From Octopus bimaculoides (lineage: Eukaryota): a DNA stretch of 43,453 nt. The stretch spans positions 51,273,380 through 51,316,832 of the forward strand of contig NC_068996.1 in assembly GCF_001194135.2 (NCBI RefSeq), in the 5' to 3' direction. Numbering within the stretch: position 1 is the stretch's first letter; each line of letters starts with the position of its first letter. The position numbers and the translations under genes were made by a program. Below the pieces are notes generated by a model, which made no database searches, was not told the origin of the DNA, and saw only the letters and a program-made list of their open reading frames with translations. This document shows positions 32,477 to 43,453 of this stretch, piece after piece.

Positions 32477-33402
32477 TCCGTAAACTGTATTAACATTAAC
32501 ACAAACCAAGACAACTTCAAATATACTTGTATCATGCAATATAACTACTTCCTATGGTCTTTGAACAAAAAAAAAACAAAAAAAGAAAAAAGACAGAAAG
32601 AGAAAAAGAAAGGTAGGTGGGAAGGTGGATACTNNNNNNNNNNNNNNNNNNNNNNNNNNNNNNNNNNNNNNNNNNNNNNNNNNNNNNNNNNNNNNNNNNN
32701 NNNNNNNNNNNNNNNNNNNNNNNNNNNNNNNNNNNNNNNNNNNNNNNNNNNNNNNNNNNNNNNNNNNNNNNNNNNNNNNNNNNNNNNNNNNNNNNNNNNN
32801 NNNNNNNNNNNNNNNNNNNNNNNNNNNNNNNNNNNNNNNNNNNNNNNNTATATATATAGTGACTAAGTAAATACAATGATGAGATTAGTAAGCAATTTAG
32901 TATTAGTAATTTGTTGCTGTTTAGTCACAGGTGCTATAGTGATAGTAGAAAGAAAGTGTATACACACACACACATACACACAAATCGCAGTTCTAGAACG
33001 GTTGGCACGCAAGCGTCTTCATGGTAAAAAACTTGAACTCATTAGGCAGGATACTTAACGCTCGTTTGAATTATTATTGTCTCTTTTAAAGTATCTCTCA
33101 AGTAGTAAAACTTCTTTCTGTCTTTTGAAAATGAGCAATACATTATATGTTAATGTTCAGTGTTTCGTGTTAAACACTCAGTCTTATAAATAGAATTGTG
33201 ACTACGCCAAGACTAAGAATTTTAAACCATCTGTAAAATTGAATAAGTTGCAGAGTGGAAATAACATACATCGGTCACTTAAAGTTTGCATATGTAGCTA
33301 TACCCCCAACTTACGCCGTTTCGAAATTACGTTTTTTTTTCGACATTTATGTTTCTTTCATTTTATAAGTAACTAATGAAAAAAAAAAAGGAAAAAAAAA
33401 AA

Positions 33403-33586
33403 GGTGGAGGCGCAATGGCCCAGTAGTTAGGGCAGCGGACTCGCGGTCATAGGATCGCGGTTTCGATTCCCAGACCGGGCGTTGTGAGCGTTTATTGAGC
33501 GAAAACACCTAAAGCTCCTCGAGGCTCCGGCAGGAGATGGTGGCGAACCCTGTTGTACTCTTTCACCACAACTTTCTCTCACTCTT
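33403..33586 (+). mobile_element. SINE family C 5' half, truncated by gap
   Basis: Near-identical to the reverse complement of ~4835-5012. Confidence 0.9.
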
Positions 33587-34204
33587 NNNNNNNNNNNNNN
33601 NNNNNNNNNNNNNNNNNNNNNNNNNNNNNNNNNNNNNNNNNNNNNNNNNNNNNNNNNNNNNNNNNNNNNNNNNNNNNNNNNNNNNNNNNNNNNNNNNNNN
33701 NNNNNNNNNNNNNNNNNNNNNNNNNNNNNNNNNNNNNNNNNNNNNNNNNNNNNNNNNNNNNNNNNNNNNNNNNNNNNNNNNNNNNNNNNNNNNNNNNNNN
33801 NNNNNNNNNNNNNNNNNNNNNNNNNNNNNNNNNNNNNNNNNNNNNNNNNNNNNNNNNNNNNNNNNNNNNNNNNNNNNNNNNNNNNNNNNNNNNNNNNNNN
33901 NNNNNNNNNNNNNNNNNNNNNNNNNNNNNNNNNNNNNNNNNNNNNNNNNNNNNNNNNNNNNNNNNNNNNNNNNNNNNNNNNNNNNNNNNNNNNNNNNNNN
34001 NNNNNNATATACAAAAGTGTAGAAACCATTTATTAAGAATAGAATATGTTTTATCAATGCTTCTTCATGTTACGTCAGTTTCGAGTTAAAACGTATATAT
34101 TTTGGGACCGAGTAACGACGTAGGTTGAGGTGCGCCTGTATGACTCTACGCTGCGGTGGAGGATAAGAAATCTGTCGTTTTTAGCAGGGCCCTTCTTTAT
34201 TCCA

Positions 34205-34400
34205 TATGGCACACACACACATTCACACACACACATATGACAGGATTCTTTCAGTTTCCGTCTACCAAATCCACTCACAGGGCTTTGGTTGGCCCGAGGC
34301 TATAGTAGAAGACACTTGCCCAAAATGCCACGCAATAGGACTGAACCCGGAACTATGTGGTTGAGAAACAAACCTCTTACCACTCAGCCACGCCTGTGCT
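34205..34400 (-). mobile_element. SINE family B 5' half
   Basis: Reverse complement of ~15721-15930. Confidence 0.85.
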
Positions 34401-34552
34401 TGAGGACAATAACCTTTAAAATAAATGTAGCATTTAGACTACGCCATTGATTGCCGTAGATATTCAATATTACATATGAAGTAATATACGTAAAATAGTT
34501 AAACTAATTAAATTCATTATCTTTGACGATGGTTATATTTCTAGCCAATCAA

Positions 34553-34855
34553 CCACGCGCACTATATACTTGGTCATCACTTAATTTATTATTACTAATC
34601 TAATTTTAGTGTTCTTTGTCTGAAATCTTTCGTCACACATCCTGCAACCTCTTCAGCGACTCTTTATGCCACGTGTCTCCCCCGTTCTGTTTCGTTCATT
34701 AGAGAATGGACTAAACAGAACAAGAGAAGATACGTGGGATGAAGAGTCGCCGAAGAGGTTGCAGGATGTGTGACGAAAGATTTCAGACAAAGAACACTAA
34801 AATCAGATTAGTAATAATAAAGCAGAAGTGAAGACCAAGTATATAGTGCGTGTGG
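34553..34855. repeat. ~300-bp near-perfect palindrome (arms ~148 bp, 4-nt loop) with inverted hammerhead-like modules
   Basis: Arms pair throughout (e.g. ACTATATACTTGGTC / GACCAAGTATATAGT); loop AGAG at 34701-34704. Confidence 0.95.
34618..34660 (-). ncRNA. Putative minimal type I hammerhead ribozyme (Penelope-like)
   Basis: Minus strand GTCG-CTGAAGA-G-GTTGCA-GGATG-TGTGAC-GAAA-GATTTC-AGAC: intact core boxes, 6-bp stem II (two G.U), quasi-palindromic helix III, UUC triplet. Stem I is weak. Confidence 0.55.
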
Positions 34856-35869
34856 ATAATTGACAAAAAAAAATATGACCATCCTCAAAGATAACAATAT
34901 TTGTTTCAACACACGACTTCACATCAGGAATCTTGCAAAACAAAATACATAAACGTAATAATTAAATTTAGTTCTCTTTTAATTTTGATGCTTCAGTGCA
35001 AATCAGGTAAGATGGTTTTATAGATAGATTTGGATAAATAGATCCTACATTTTTCATTATTATATCTGGTAACCGTAAAACTTTATGCAGTCTGTTTTGT
35101 TGTGTCTTTGGAAGGTCATTACATCAATGATAATAAACATACACACTGAAGGTTAAACAATATCACTTCTTTATTGTTAGTCTATTGGTTAGATATCTAA
35201 CCGCCTAACTAATCGATCGTTTGTTTAATGTGTTTGGTTAAACAATCAATCGGTTGTTTGTTTATCAAAGTTCTTTCGTCGCTATTCGCGACCTCGTCAA
35301 TGACATGCCCTGAAGTTTATACAGCCTACCTACGCAGATATCTCCGTCCTGCTTTTTATCATCGGAATCTATATACTAGGAATTTGCAGTAATATGTCGG
35401 TTAAAAATTAGGACAGATATTTGTTAAGCGTCGCCTGAGCGTTTTGTGTTCTGGGCTTCAGCAAATTTTGATATGACAACACACGTTGAAAAAAGAATAT
35501 ATCGCAATTGTACAGCGTTATTCCTTTTATTCTATAGGCACAAGGTTTTTAATTTTAGCTGAGGGAGCAAGCCGATTATATAGACCCCACTGTTCAACTT
35601 GTAGTTTTTTCGGTACTTTTTGGTTATCTCACTCCCATTAAAAAATTGGGTTATCACCCCACTAAAAAATTGAGTTTCTGTAGCGACAAGAGTTAGACCC
35701 TTTTGATTCGATACTTCAACACATTATTGACTTTTGGCCTCCTTAATAGGAATCGTATGATTTGTTATAAAAATGTTATTAGATTCAATAAGATGTTTCA
35801 TTTTTTTCAGTTTTCATGTTTATTAATTTTTCCTTTTCTTGTTTGTTTTATTGAGGGTTAAACAATTCT

Positions 35870-36088
35870 TTTAGTTGAGGGAGATGACCAAAAGTATCAA
35901 TACTTCTCGTATAACGGGAGAGATAAGATTTTTTAATGGGGGTGAGATAACCAAAAAGTACCGTTTTTTCATATCGACCCAAAAGAATGAAAGACAAAGT
36001 CGACCTCGCAGAAAATTATCTGAAAGCAAAGAAATGCTATTAAGTATTTTTTCCTGACGTGCCAACGATTCTGTCAGCTCGCCACCAT
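35870..36088 (-). mobile_element. SINE family A, diverged
   Basis: GACCCAAAAGAATGAAAGACAAAGTCGACCTCG...CTGTCAGCTCGCCACC. Confidence 0.75.
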
Positions 36089-36656
36089 ATTGGTGTGATA
36101 TTGATAAACAGCATCAGCGCAAAACATCCTTCTTCTGTTTAATGACGATAGCAAAAGAAACACTTTAGAATAAACTGAAGTGTATTACTTATGATAGCAT
36201 AGATACTCTTACCTTCTAGATTGCATTCAAGTCAATTCAACTATATCCTACCCGTATGAACTCTCAGACATTACTGCAACTGAACAGAAGACAGTTAGTC
36301 TATCACGTTCAATAAAAGAAAATTTAGAAAAATCAATATGCAAATACTTTAGTTAAATGAGAGGACATACGATTTCAGCAACGTAGGAGAAGAAACGTTT
36401 GACCGACATCGATTTTTGTTGTTTTTTTTTATCATTTGCTTATTTAATTTGGGTAAAATAAAAAAGAAAATCTCCTATCACACCTCTCCCCATATACTTT
36501 CGCCTTGAGATTAATTTAAGAATGATTATATTCGGTGCATTTAAAGATTTAGAGAATTTCCTATGCGCTACAGTTTACATGAAACGTTAAGAATAACAGA
36601 AAGGATAAGAACATTTTTTTGTGCCACTTAAGCTTGCGGTCTATCTGGCCATTTAC

Positions 36657-36835
36657 ACTTTAGCGTTCAGTCTTACCCTAACTACAAACCTAACACTAAA
36701 TCTAAACCCTAATCCTAAACGTAAACCATAACCCTAACCCTAGCTCTAACCTTTACTCTAAATCTTAACCCTATTCTTCATACAGATCAGGTCACAGCGA
36801 AAACTTTGGATACAGAGTAGATTGCACGCTAAAGT
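36657..36835. mobile_element. Small inverted-repeat element enclosing degenerate (CCCTAA)n
   Basis: 17-bp IRs ACTTTAGCGTTCAGTCT / AGATTGCACGCTAAAGT (2 mismatches); interior CCCTAA variants at ~36675-36772. Confidence 0.55.
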
Positions 36836-36894
36836 AGCACTCCTCATAACTTTACCCCATTGAAATTTTTCCCCTTCCTAATTAGGTCCATATC

Positions 36895-37070
36895 AGCCCT
36901 AGTCGAATCGATCTGTGATCAAAGGCATTCAACCGTGACTATCATCTGGTCCCTTTTTTTTTTCCTTTTTTGGTGTACCCAGAACTAGGGGGGGGGGGGT
37001 TAATATGGCTGGGCGTAATTTTAAAGGGATCTGGTAGCTATTTCTAGCAAGACGAGCGATTGCTAAAGAC
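36895..37070 (+). mobile_element. Diverged interspersed repeat (TCAAAGGCATTC..G(T/C)GAC(T/C)ATC ... GCTATTTCTAGCA), also at ~9380-9570 and ~9640-9800
   Basis: Shared motifs in three copies, plus an inverted fragment at ~37322-37362. Confidence 0.55.
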
Positions 37071-37798
37071 TCCTAAAGTTTGATTTATTGATATTAACCG
37101 ACAGACATCCAAACTAAACAAACCTCGTAATTACTTTCAAATGATCTTTATCCAGCAAGAGAAACCTCAACAGAATCGAACGACCAGCTTCCAATGATAA
37201 CCATTAATTGTTGTTCGTGACAAGTCGTACAACATTACATTTCTTCAAACCTCCGTACTGCCTCGAAAAGAAAGATTGCATTGGAGAATATAATTCAAGA
37301 TCATTATTCACTTTAAAATAAAAGACAGGATGGTCATGGCAAGAGTGCCTTTGATTATAGACCTTCTCGATGAAGGCTGATTTGTAGTTAAAGAATAACG
37401 TCTGAGGGTGCCTACAAAGGTCATTCCTAAAGTTAAGGGTTAAGATCGACAAACTCAGACGAACTTGCCCCCACCCCATGATCCATGCAAACATAATTAT
37501 CTAACATATATTTTAATTTAGCGATTTTCCCCTAACTGGACGATTAACGATGAAAATACTCCATGCCGGTCAAAGTCCTGACGACGCCAATGAAGGTTAT
37601 ATACACTGCAACGCAACTTTTAACTGAAACGAACAAAATACAAGCAAGTCATCAAGAAAGAAGTTGAAACCAGCGGCCAAGAAGGCCTTGCAACGAACAA
37701 CCAACAAAGAAATCAACAAGATAACAAGACAAACATTCTTGTAACTAAAACAGTATTAAGAAAACCTATGGTGCTTTTCATACTCCAGTCTTCTAAAA

Positions 37799-37844
<46 letters not shown>

Positions 37845-37846
<2 letters not shown>

Positions 37847-38352
37847 CCTCTGCCAGGGATGTAGCCAGCCCACTTACGCGTAATATTCCTTCTTTGGACA
37901 CTAAACTCCGCTTGCGAAGACCTGTTGAGGCAAGTGAAATCGAAATCGAAATCGAATTAAATTTGACGACTGGCACACATGCCAACGTTGTCTCCTTCAT
38001 TGAACACTAAACTCGGCTTGCGAAGACCTATTGGAGCAAGCGAAAGCGAAATCGTGATGGTACCTGTACCAGTAGCTCACTAAGAGCACCATCCGTGCGT
38101 GATCGTTGCCAGAGTACCAGCTGTCTGGTTTTCGTGCCGGTGGCACGTAAAAGCACCCACTACACTCTCGGAGTGGTTGGCGTTAGGAAGGGCATCCAGC
38201 TGTAGAAACTCTGCCAAATCAGATTGGAGCCTGGTGTTGCCATCCGGTTTCACCAGTCCTCAGTTAAATCGTCCAACCCATGCTAGCATGGAAAGCGGAC
38301 ATTAAACGATGAGGAGGAGGAGGAGGAGGAGGAGGAGTAGGAGAAGGAGGAG
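37845..38352 (+). mobile_element. Long family D element with an internal ~55-bp duplication and (GAG)n tail
   Basis: ACACTAAACTC.GCTTGCGAAGACCT.TTG at ~37897 and ~38003; 3' part near-identical to 7135-7318. Confidence 0.85.
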
Positions 38353-38565
38353 GATATATATATATATATANNNNNNNNNNNNNNNNNNNNNNNNNNNNNN
38401 TGAAGTAGATAAAAGAGCCGACAACTGATGAAGGGTCGTTCTTTATGTTACTTGTCTTGTTTTCCATTTGTTTCTGTCGTTGTTTGCAAAGAAAGTTCGT
38501 AAGATAATCATTTATTCTTTTGTCATTCCATTTTCTTACGACCAATCTATATATAAATCTAGAGT

Positions 38566-38619
<54 letters not shown>

Positions 38620-38626
38620 AAGAGAA

Positions 38627-38661
<35 letters not shown>

Positions 38662-39120
38662 TCAGCTAGAATAGATTAGAGTACATAAGCCAGTACCTAT
38701 TGGTCTGCTAAATGCTCTTTCTACAAGAAAGTCCAAATCGAATTATTCTTAAGGATCTAATTACACAATTGAAGGACTTTGGATCAGTTAGCATGAGGGT
38801 GGCTCAATCGAAATGAAGACAAGGATTTCACTATTTTTCTATTTAAAATTTAATGTATTTACCTTCAAACCAAAGGTGTGAAACATTTAAAAGATCCACC
38901 CTGAAGGAATAGTCTTACAGTCTGTGAGTTTATGTGGCGAATTTGAATGGGTTGGATCTTCTGCTATCAATCCAGATTTCTTTCTGAACCAAAACCTAAA
39001 AACACAACGCTTAAATGTTACATTACATGAACTCACAGCAATGTTTCGTAAGCAACTACGATGCCTTATGGCATATGAATAAAATATAAACTGTACGTAT
39101 ACACGTTAAAATGTTTTTTA

Positions 39121-39501
39121 TCTTTTTCTTTCTTTTTACATGTTTCAGTCATTTGACTGCGGCCATGCTGGAGCACCGCCTTTAGTCAAGCAAATTGACT
39201 CCAGAGCTTATTCTGTGTAAGCCTAGTATTTATTCTATCGGTCTCTTTTACGGGGACGTAAACACACCACCATCGGTTGTCAAGCGATGTTGGGGAGACA
39301 AACACGGACACACAAACATACACACACACACATATATACGACGGGCTTCTTCCAGTTTCCGTCTACCAAATCCACTCACAAGGCTTTGGTCGGCCCGAGA
39401 CTATAGTAGAAGACACTTGCCCAAGATGCCACGGAGTGGGACTGAACCCGGAACCATGTGGTTGGTAAGCAAGCTACTTACCACACAGCCACTCCTGCGC
39501 C
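39121..39501 (-). mobile_element. SINE family B, full length
   Basis: Near-identical reverse complement of 15721-16141. Confidence 0.9.
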
Positions 39502-39639
39502 GTTTAAAAATTCTGTTTTGATTTAATGAGGGTGGTTAACAATACGAACAACCTGATTCTTTTCATTCATATTATTTATGAGAAACAATAATTAATATTA
39601 ATTACTGTATAAGGTGGCAAACAAAATGCTGTCCATTTT

Positions 39640-39795
39640 TTAATGTTCTGAGTTCAAATGTCGCCAACGTCGAATTAGCCTTTCGTCCTTGTGGGGTCGT
39701 TAAAATAAGTATCAAGTCGAGCACTGGGGTCGATGTAATCGACTTACCCCTTCCCCCAAACTTGCTACCCTTATGTCACAATTTGAAACCAATAT
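39640..39795 (+). mobile_element. SINE family A fragment
   Basis: TTCTGAGTTCAAAT...GCACTGGGGTCGATGTAATCGAC. Confidence 0.75.
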
Positions 39796-39812
39796 ATTTT
39801 ATGGTGCAGAAT

Positions 39813-40742
39813 TAGTAATCGGGGTAAAATGAGTAATCTCTGATTTCTTGTTATTTTCTCACCACCTATTTGAAATCATTATATTGCAAGTATTGCATCA
39901 TTATTTTGTATTGCTGCATCATCTTTAGAAGTAAAAATTATTTGGCATAATTGTTGTTGAAGTTGCGAGAGTTTGGAACTCTCTTGTCAGGTGACAAGTA
40001 CTTTCTTTCAAGAAATTTTCCCTCAACTTTGACCCGGTTGTAATTGAGGTTACTAATAAAATATCTGTATAATTTTTGCTGTTTAACGATCAATATTGTT
40101 TTCTCTGCTGGATTCCAAGTCAATTTTTTTCCCACACTAATAGATAATTCGATAATTTTCAAGTGTCAAAAAAATGATGTTTAAAAAGGGGTAAAATGAG
40201 TAACGACTAATTTTAATTATTTCTTCTCTTTAACTGGATGGTGCGTAAATTACATCAGGAAGAGAGTCACTCCAGCAGATCGTGAAGAAAGCTCGAGAAG
40301 ATATTTTACGTTGAATTTTTAGATTTAGTCGAGTTTAGTTAATTTCATATCATGTGCCGTTTTTCCATGACCTTCTTTCATTTGACCTAGATATCTTAAA
40401 TTTTCGTTGCATTTCTCATCTTTCTGGTGTCTAAGGATTGATATTGACGTGTATGGGTCGGTTTTTAAATGTAATTCCGGAGAATTGAAGTGCAAATTTA
40501 CCTTATCTTGTCTTACTCATTTTGCCCCCAGGTAAATTTGTTTTTTTTTGTATGCTCAAAAAGATCGATGATCATTTTCTGAAATGGAGTTCTGAATATG
40601 TATAGTGTTTTTAATGCATTTAAAGAAGGTCGTTTGCTTATCTGATATAGTTTTGTAAGGTAGTGAACATTTGTAAAACATTTTTTTCTTCCTCAAAGTA
40701 AAAAAAATACAGTAAAAACTCATCATTTTACCCCGCCACCTA
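39813..40742 (+). mobile_element. pogo/Tc1-like internally deleted DNA transposon
   Basis: GGGGTAAAATGAGTAA direct at 39821 and 40188, inverted at 40513-40528 and 40721-40735. ATG at 40238 gives MVRK/YIRKR, like pogo-type N-termini. Confidence 0.55.
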
Positions 40743-41882
40743 ATGAATTTAATGCTCCAAAACAGAGAAATATAATGGCAAGTCTATTACTGATAAATAT
40801 CCTGCTAAAATTAAGCAAATCAGTTCATTGACCGATTTTATTATTATCATTTGTTTAAATTGTAGACAATTTCGGAATAATTGTAAGTATAAGGTCAGCT
40901 TTAAATACCCTGTAGTGTATAAAGTTGAAGACAATATAGAACTATATTAATAAAGCATTTATCGCAGGTCCTCGATAATTTTGTTATCGTAAATAAATGA
41001 GGTATTAGAGAAGGTTAACTCTATTGAAATAAAGTAAAACTTTCTGTGCTGGAATCTCGATTGGTCGAATGAAATGAAAAAGAAGCATAAATATTCAAAC
41101 TTTCAATGCTGACGTCAATAACTGCATGATCGATTTTGAGTTGCAATGCTGCAGTGTAGAGAAATTCGATTGGTTAGTAAGTTGATACGTCATCAAAACA
41201 GCTGTCGAATTACAAATGAGAACAGTGTGGGTCGAGGAAATCAATAATAACCACGTGTTTATTATCATTTCATGGTTATGTTTACTGATATGTTGCTATA
41301 TTTAGGAACTTACGGACTTCATCTACTATCTTACGTCTGTCATGCTTCTATATATAGAAAAACACGTATATTAACTCTTGGAAACGAATTGAATGGTTGC
41401 GATGAAGTCAAAATATATTCTTGGAAATATGAAAGGGCGAAACGAGAATTTGCGGTTTCAAAACTTATACTTAAAATTTCTACATTTCCAAACAATACGG
41501 GGCTTTACGTCTAGAAACTCAATACAGCGCCGTATTTCGAGAAACACCACTTTAATGAGCGTTTGTCTAGTCACATACACATTAAGATGGCCAGGTTTCT
41601 GAAATAGAATGTGTGAAGAGGATCAGAATTTATTTATTTTTTATTCAGAAAACAGTTACATCGCATAATTTCTAAAAAGATAACAGCTGCAAGCAAAATG
41701 TAATCATTTAACACACATTTGCTATGTGTGTTGTTACGGGTAGGGAAAACTTGCTGACTGCTTTTAATATGCTTTTGAATTCATAGACGTTTTCAGAAGT
41801 TGATAAAATTTATAGATAAATGCTATGCGATTACCTTAGAAGCTAATGGAAAGGGATATTCCAAACTTTAGCATAGATTTTA

Positions 41883-42044
41883 GGCGCAGACATGGCTGTG
41901 TGGTAAGAAGTTAGCTTCCCAACCCCTTGTTTTGGGTTCAGTCCCACGGTGTTACACCTTGGGCAATCGTCTTCCATTATAACCCCGAGCTAGCCAACGC
42001 TTTGTGAAAGGATATGATAGAGAGAAACTGAGAAAAGCCCATCG

Positions 42045-42076
<32 letters not shown>

Positions 42077-42412
42077 TCTATCTATCTATCTATCTATCTA
42101 TGTGCGCGCGTGTGTGTATGTATGTACGTACGTACGTACGTACGTACGTATGTATGTATGTATGTATGTATGTATGTATGTATGTATGTACGTACGTATT
42201 TGCCTCCCGTTACCAGTTAACAAGCAGTGTTGGCTTGTTTACGTCACCGCAATCCAGCGGTTTGGCAAAAGAACCGATAGAATAGGTGTCAGATTTTCTT
42301 TTTTTTTTTCTTAATAAGTACTAGACTTAATTTGTTCGACTAAAAACCTTGAAGGTAGTGCCCCAGCAAAGCTGTAATCCAATGAGTGGAACAAATAAAA
42401 GATAAAAAAAGA
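41883..42412 (+). mobile_element. SINE family B with expanded internal (TATG)/(TCTA)/(TACG) microsatellite
   Basis: Head, body and tail collinear with 15721-16141. Confidence 0.85.
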
Positions 42413-42418
42413 TAATTA

Positions 42419-42604
42419 CCGTATTTTAACGTGTATAAAGAACCCTTTTTTTTGTCAAAAATTAGGTTTAAAAAATATGGGAGTTTCTTATACATGGATA
42501 GTATTATAATCCCTTACAAAACCTCTTTTTTTATTTTAATTTTAAGCCCCCAAAATCAGGGGATTCCTTATACGCGAGGGTTCCTTATACACGTTAAAAC
42601 ATGG
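42419..42604. mobile_element. Tc1/mariner-superfamily MITE
   Basis: TA flanks (42417-18, 42605-06); TIRs CCGTATTTTAACGTGTATAA / TTATACACGTTAAAACATGG. Confidence 0.85.
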
Positions 42605-43453
42605 TACATATAACAAACATTTAAAATACTATTTTCTTTTCAAGTAATTAAGCACCGGCTGAAACAAGCTAGGGCCTAAAGCCAATAGTATAACTGAACC
42701 AAGCTTTAGGAAACAATATCGGTCATTGCTGACAAATAATGGATTATAAATCTTGCCGAAAATGTCTTATACAAGCGTCTAAATTACGTGCTGATGTGTT
42801 TTCTAAAGAAGTTCTTAATGCGAAAAGATTGGTCATATTTCATATTTCAGAATGTGACAGAAATTCAGACTCAGAAAACACAAACTTAATATTCAAGACT
42901 TTATTCAAAAATTAGTAACATCATACACTTCAGATGGATATGTTTGAAGAAAATAAACACTTAATACTTTAGTTCTTTCTTTTATATTTCACAAAAGTCT
43001 ACTCGAAATCCAAATTATCTTTCAACTGTAATGGTCAGAAAATTTCTTGTCACTTTAAACAAGAAAATACTACAATAACTTTTGTATAAATGAAAAAGAG
43101 AAAACTAAAAACTGAAATAGTTGTAGGAAAGAAGTAATGCAAAAAAGTAAAGCTTCTCCTTCCGCTGCTGCTGCTGCTGCTACGGCGCTGTTCTGCTACT
43201 GTAGTATAAAGAGTAGCAGAGTAGCAGCTAAAGCTGATTCAACTCTGCTACTGATGCTGCTACTGCAACACCAGCAGCAGCAGCAGTAGAGAGTTGTTAC
43301 AGCCGGCATGCTTAGAAGATGACGCAATCTTTTAAGTATGTTTGACATCAGTGGTGGCGGGTCATCTTTGTCGGATGATCGATAGTTTTGATGACGACAA
43401 CATCCACGTGAATGCGATAGAATAGAGGAGCATCTTGTACATTCTACTTCATT

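Noticed and set aside
38420-38460. Hammerhead starting CTGATGA-AGGG at 38425
   Set aside because: No closing stem II or GAAA box follows; at most half a motif next to a gap.
42853-42920. Exon after ATTTCAG| encoding ECDRNSDSENTNLIFKTLFKN*
   Set aside because: Acceptor-like sites are frequent by chance in AT-rich DNA; no supporting upstream exon or domain.

Overview
Eukaryotic, AT-rich, repeat-saturated, scaffolded DNA with seven N-gaps, five of which abut simple repeats. The dense (CATA)n/(CA)n/(ATT)n/(GA)n microsatellites and the SINE families resemble an Octopus (coleoid cephalopod) genome; this taxon call is my inference from recalled repeat sequences, not a search. I find no intact host protein-coding gene, RNA gene or CRISPR array, and most ORF-track entries are microsatellite or N artefacts. 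The window is an intronic or intergenic mosaic of decayed mobile elements: a full-length DD34D mariner plus a mariner fragment, a near full-length RTE LINE and other RTE fragments, Tx1/L1 and CR1/L2-like 3' ends, two Dong/R4-like RLE retrotransposon fragments inside an (ATT)n array, an RLE family embedded in (TATG)n, about five SINE families, and MITEs (Mutator-like with a 9-bp TSD, hAT, piggyBac-like, Tc1/pogo-like). Most notable: (1) a ~300-bp near-perfect palindrome built from two inverted minimal hammerhead-ribozyme modules of Penelope type, plus a tRNA-headed SINE with a hammerhead remnant and other degenerate hammerheads; (2) RLE retrotransposons sitting in microsatellites, including a possibly undescribed (CATA)n-associated family; (3) SINE tails that match LINE 3' ends in the same window, including a Tx1/L1-type tail. 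All alignments and translations were done by eye.
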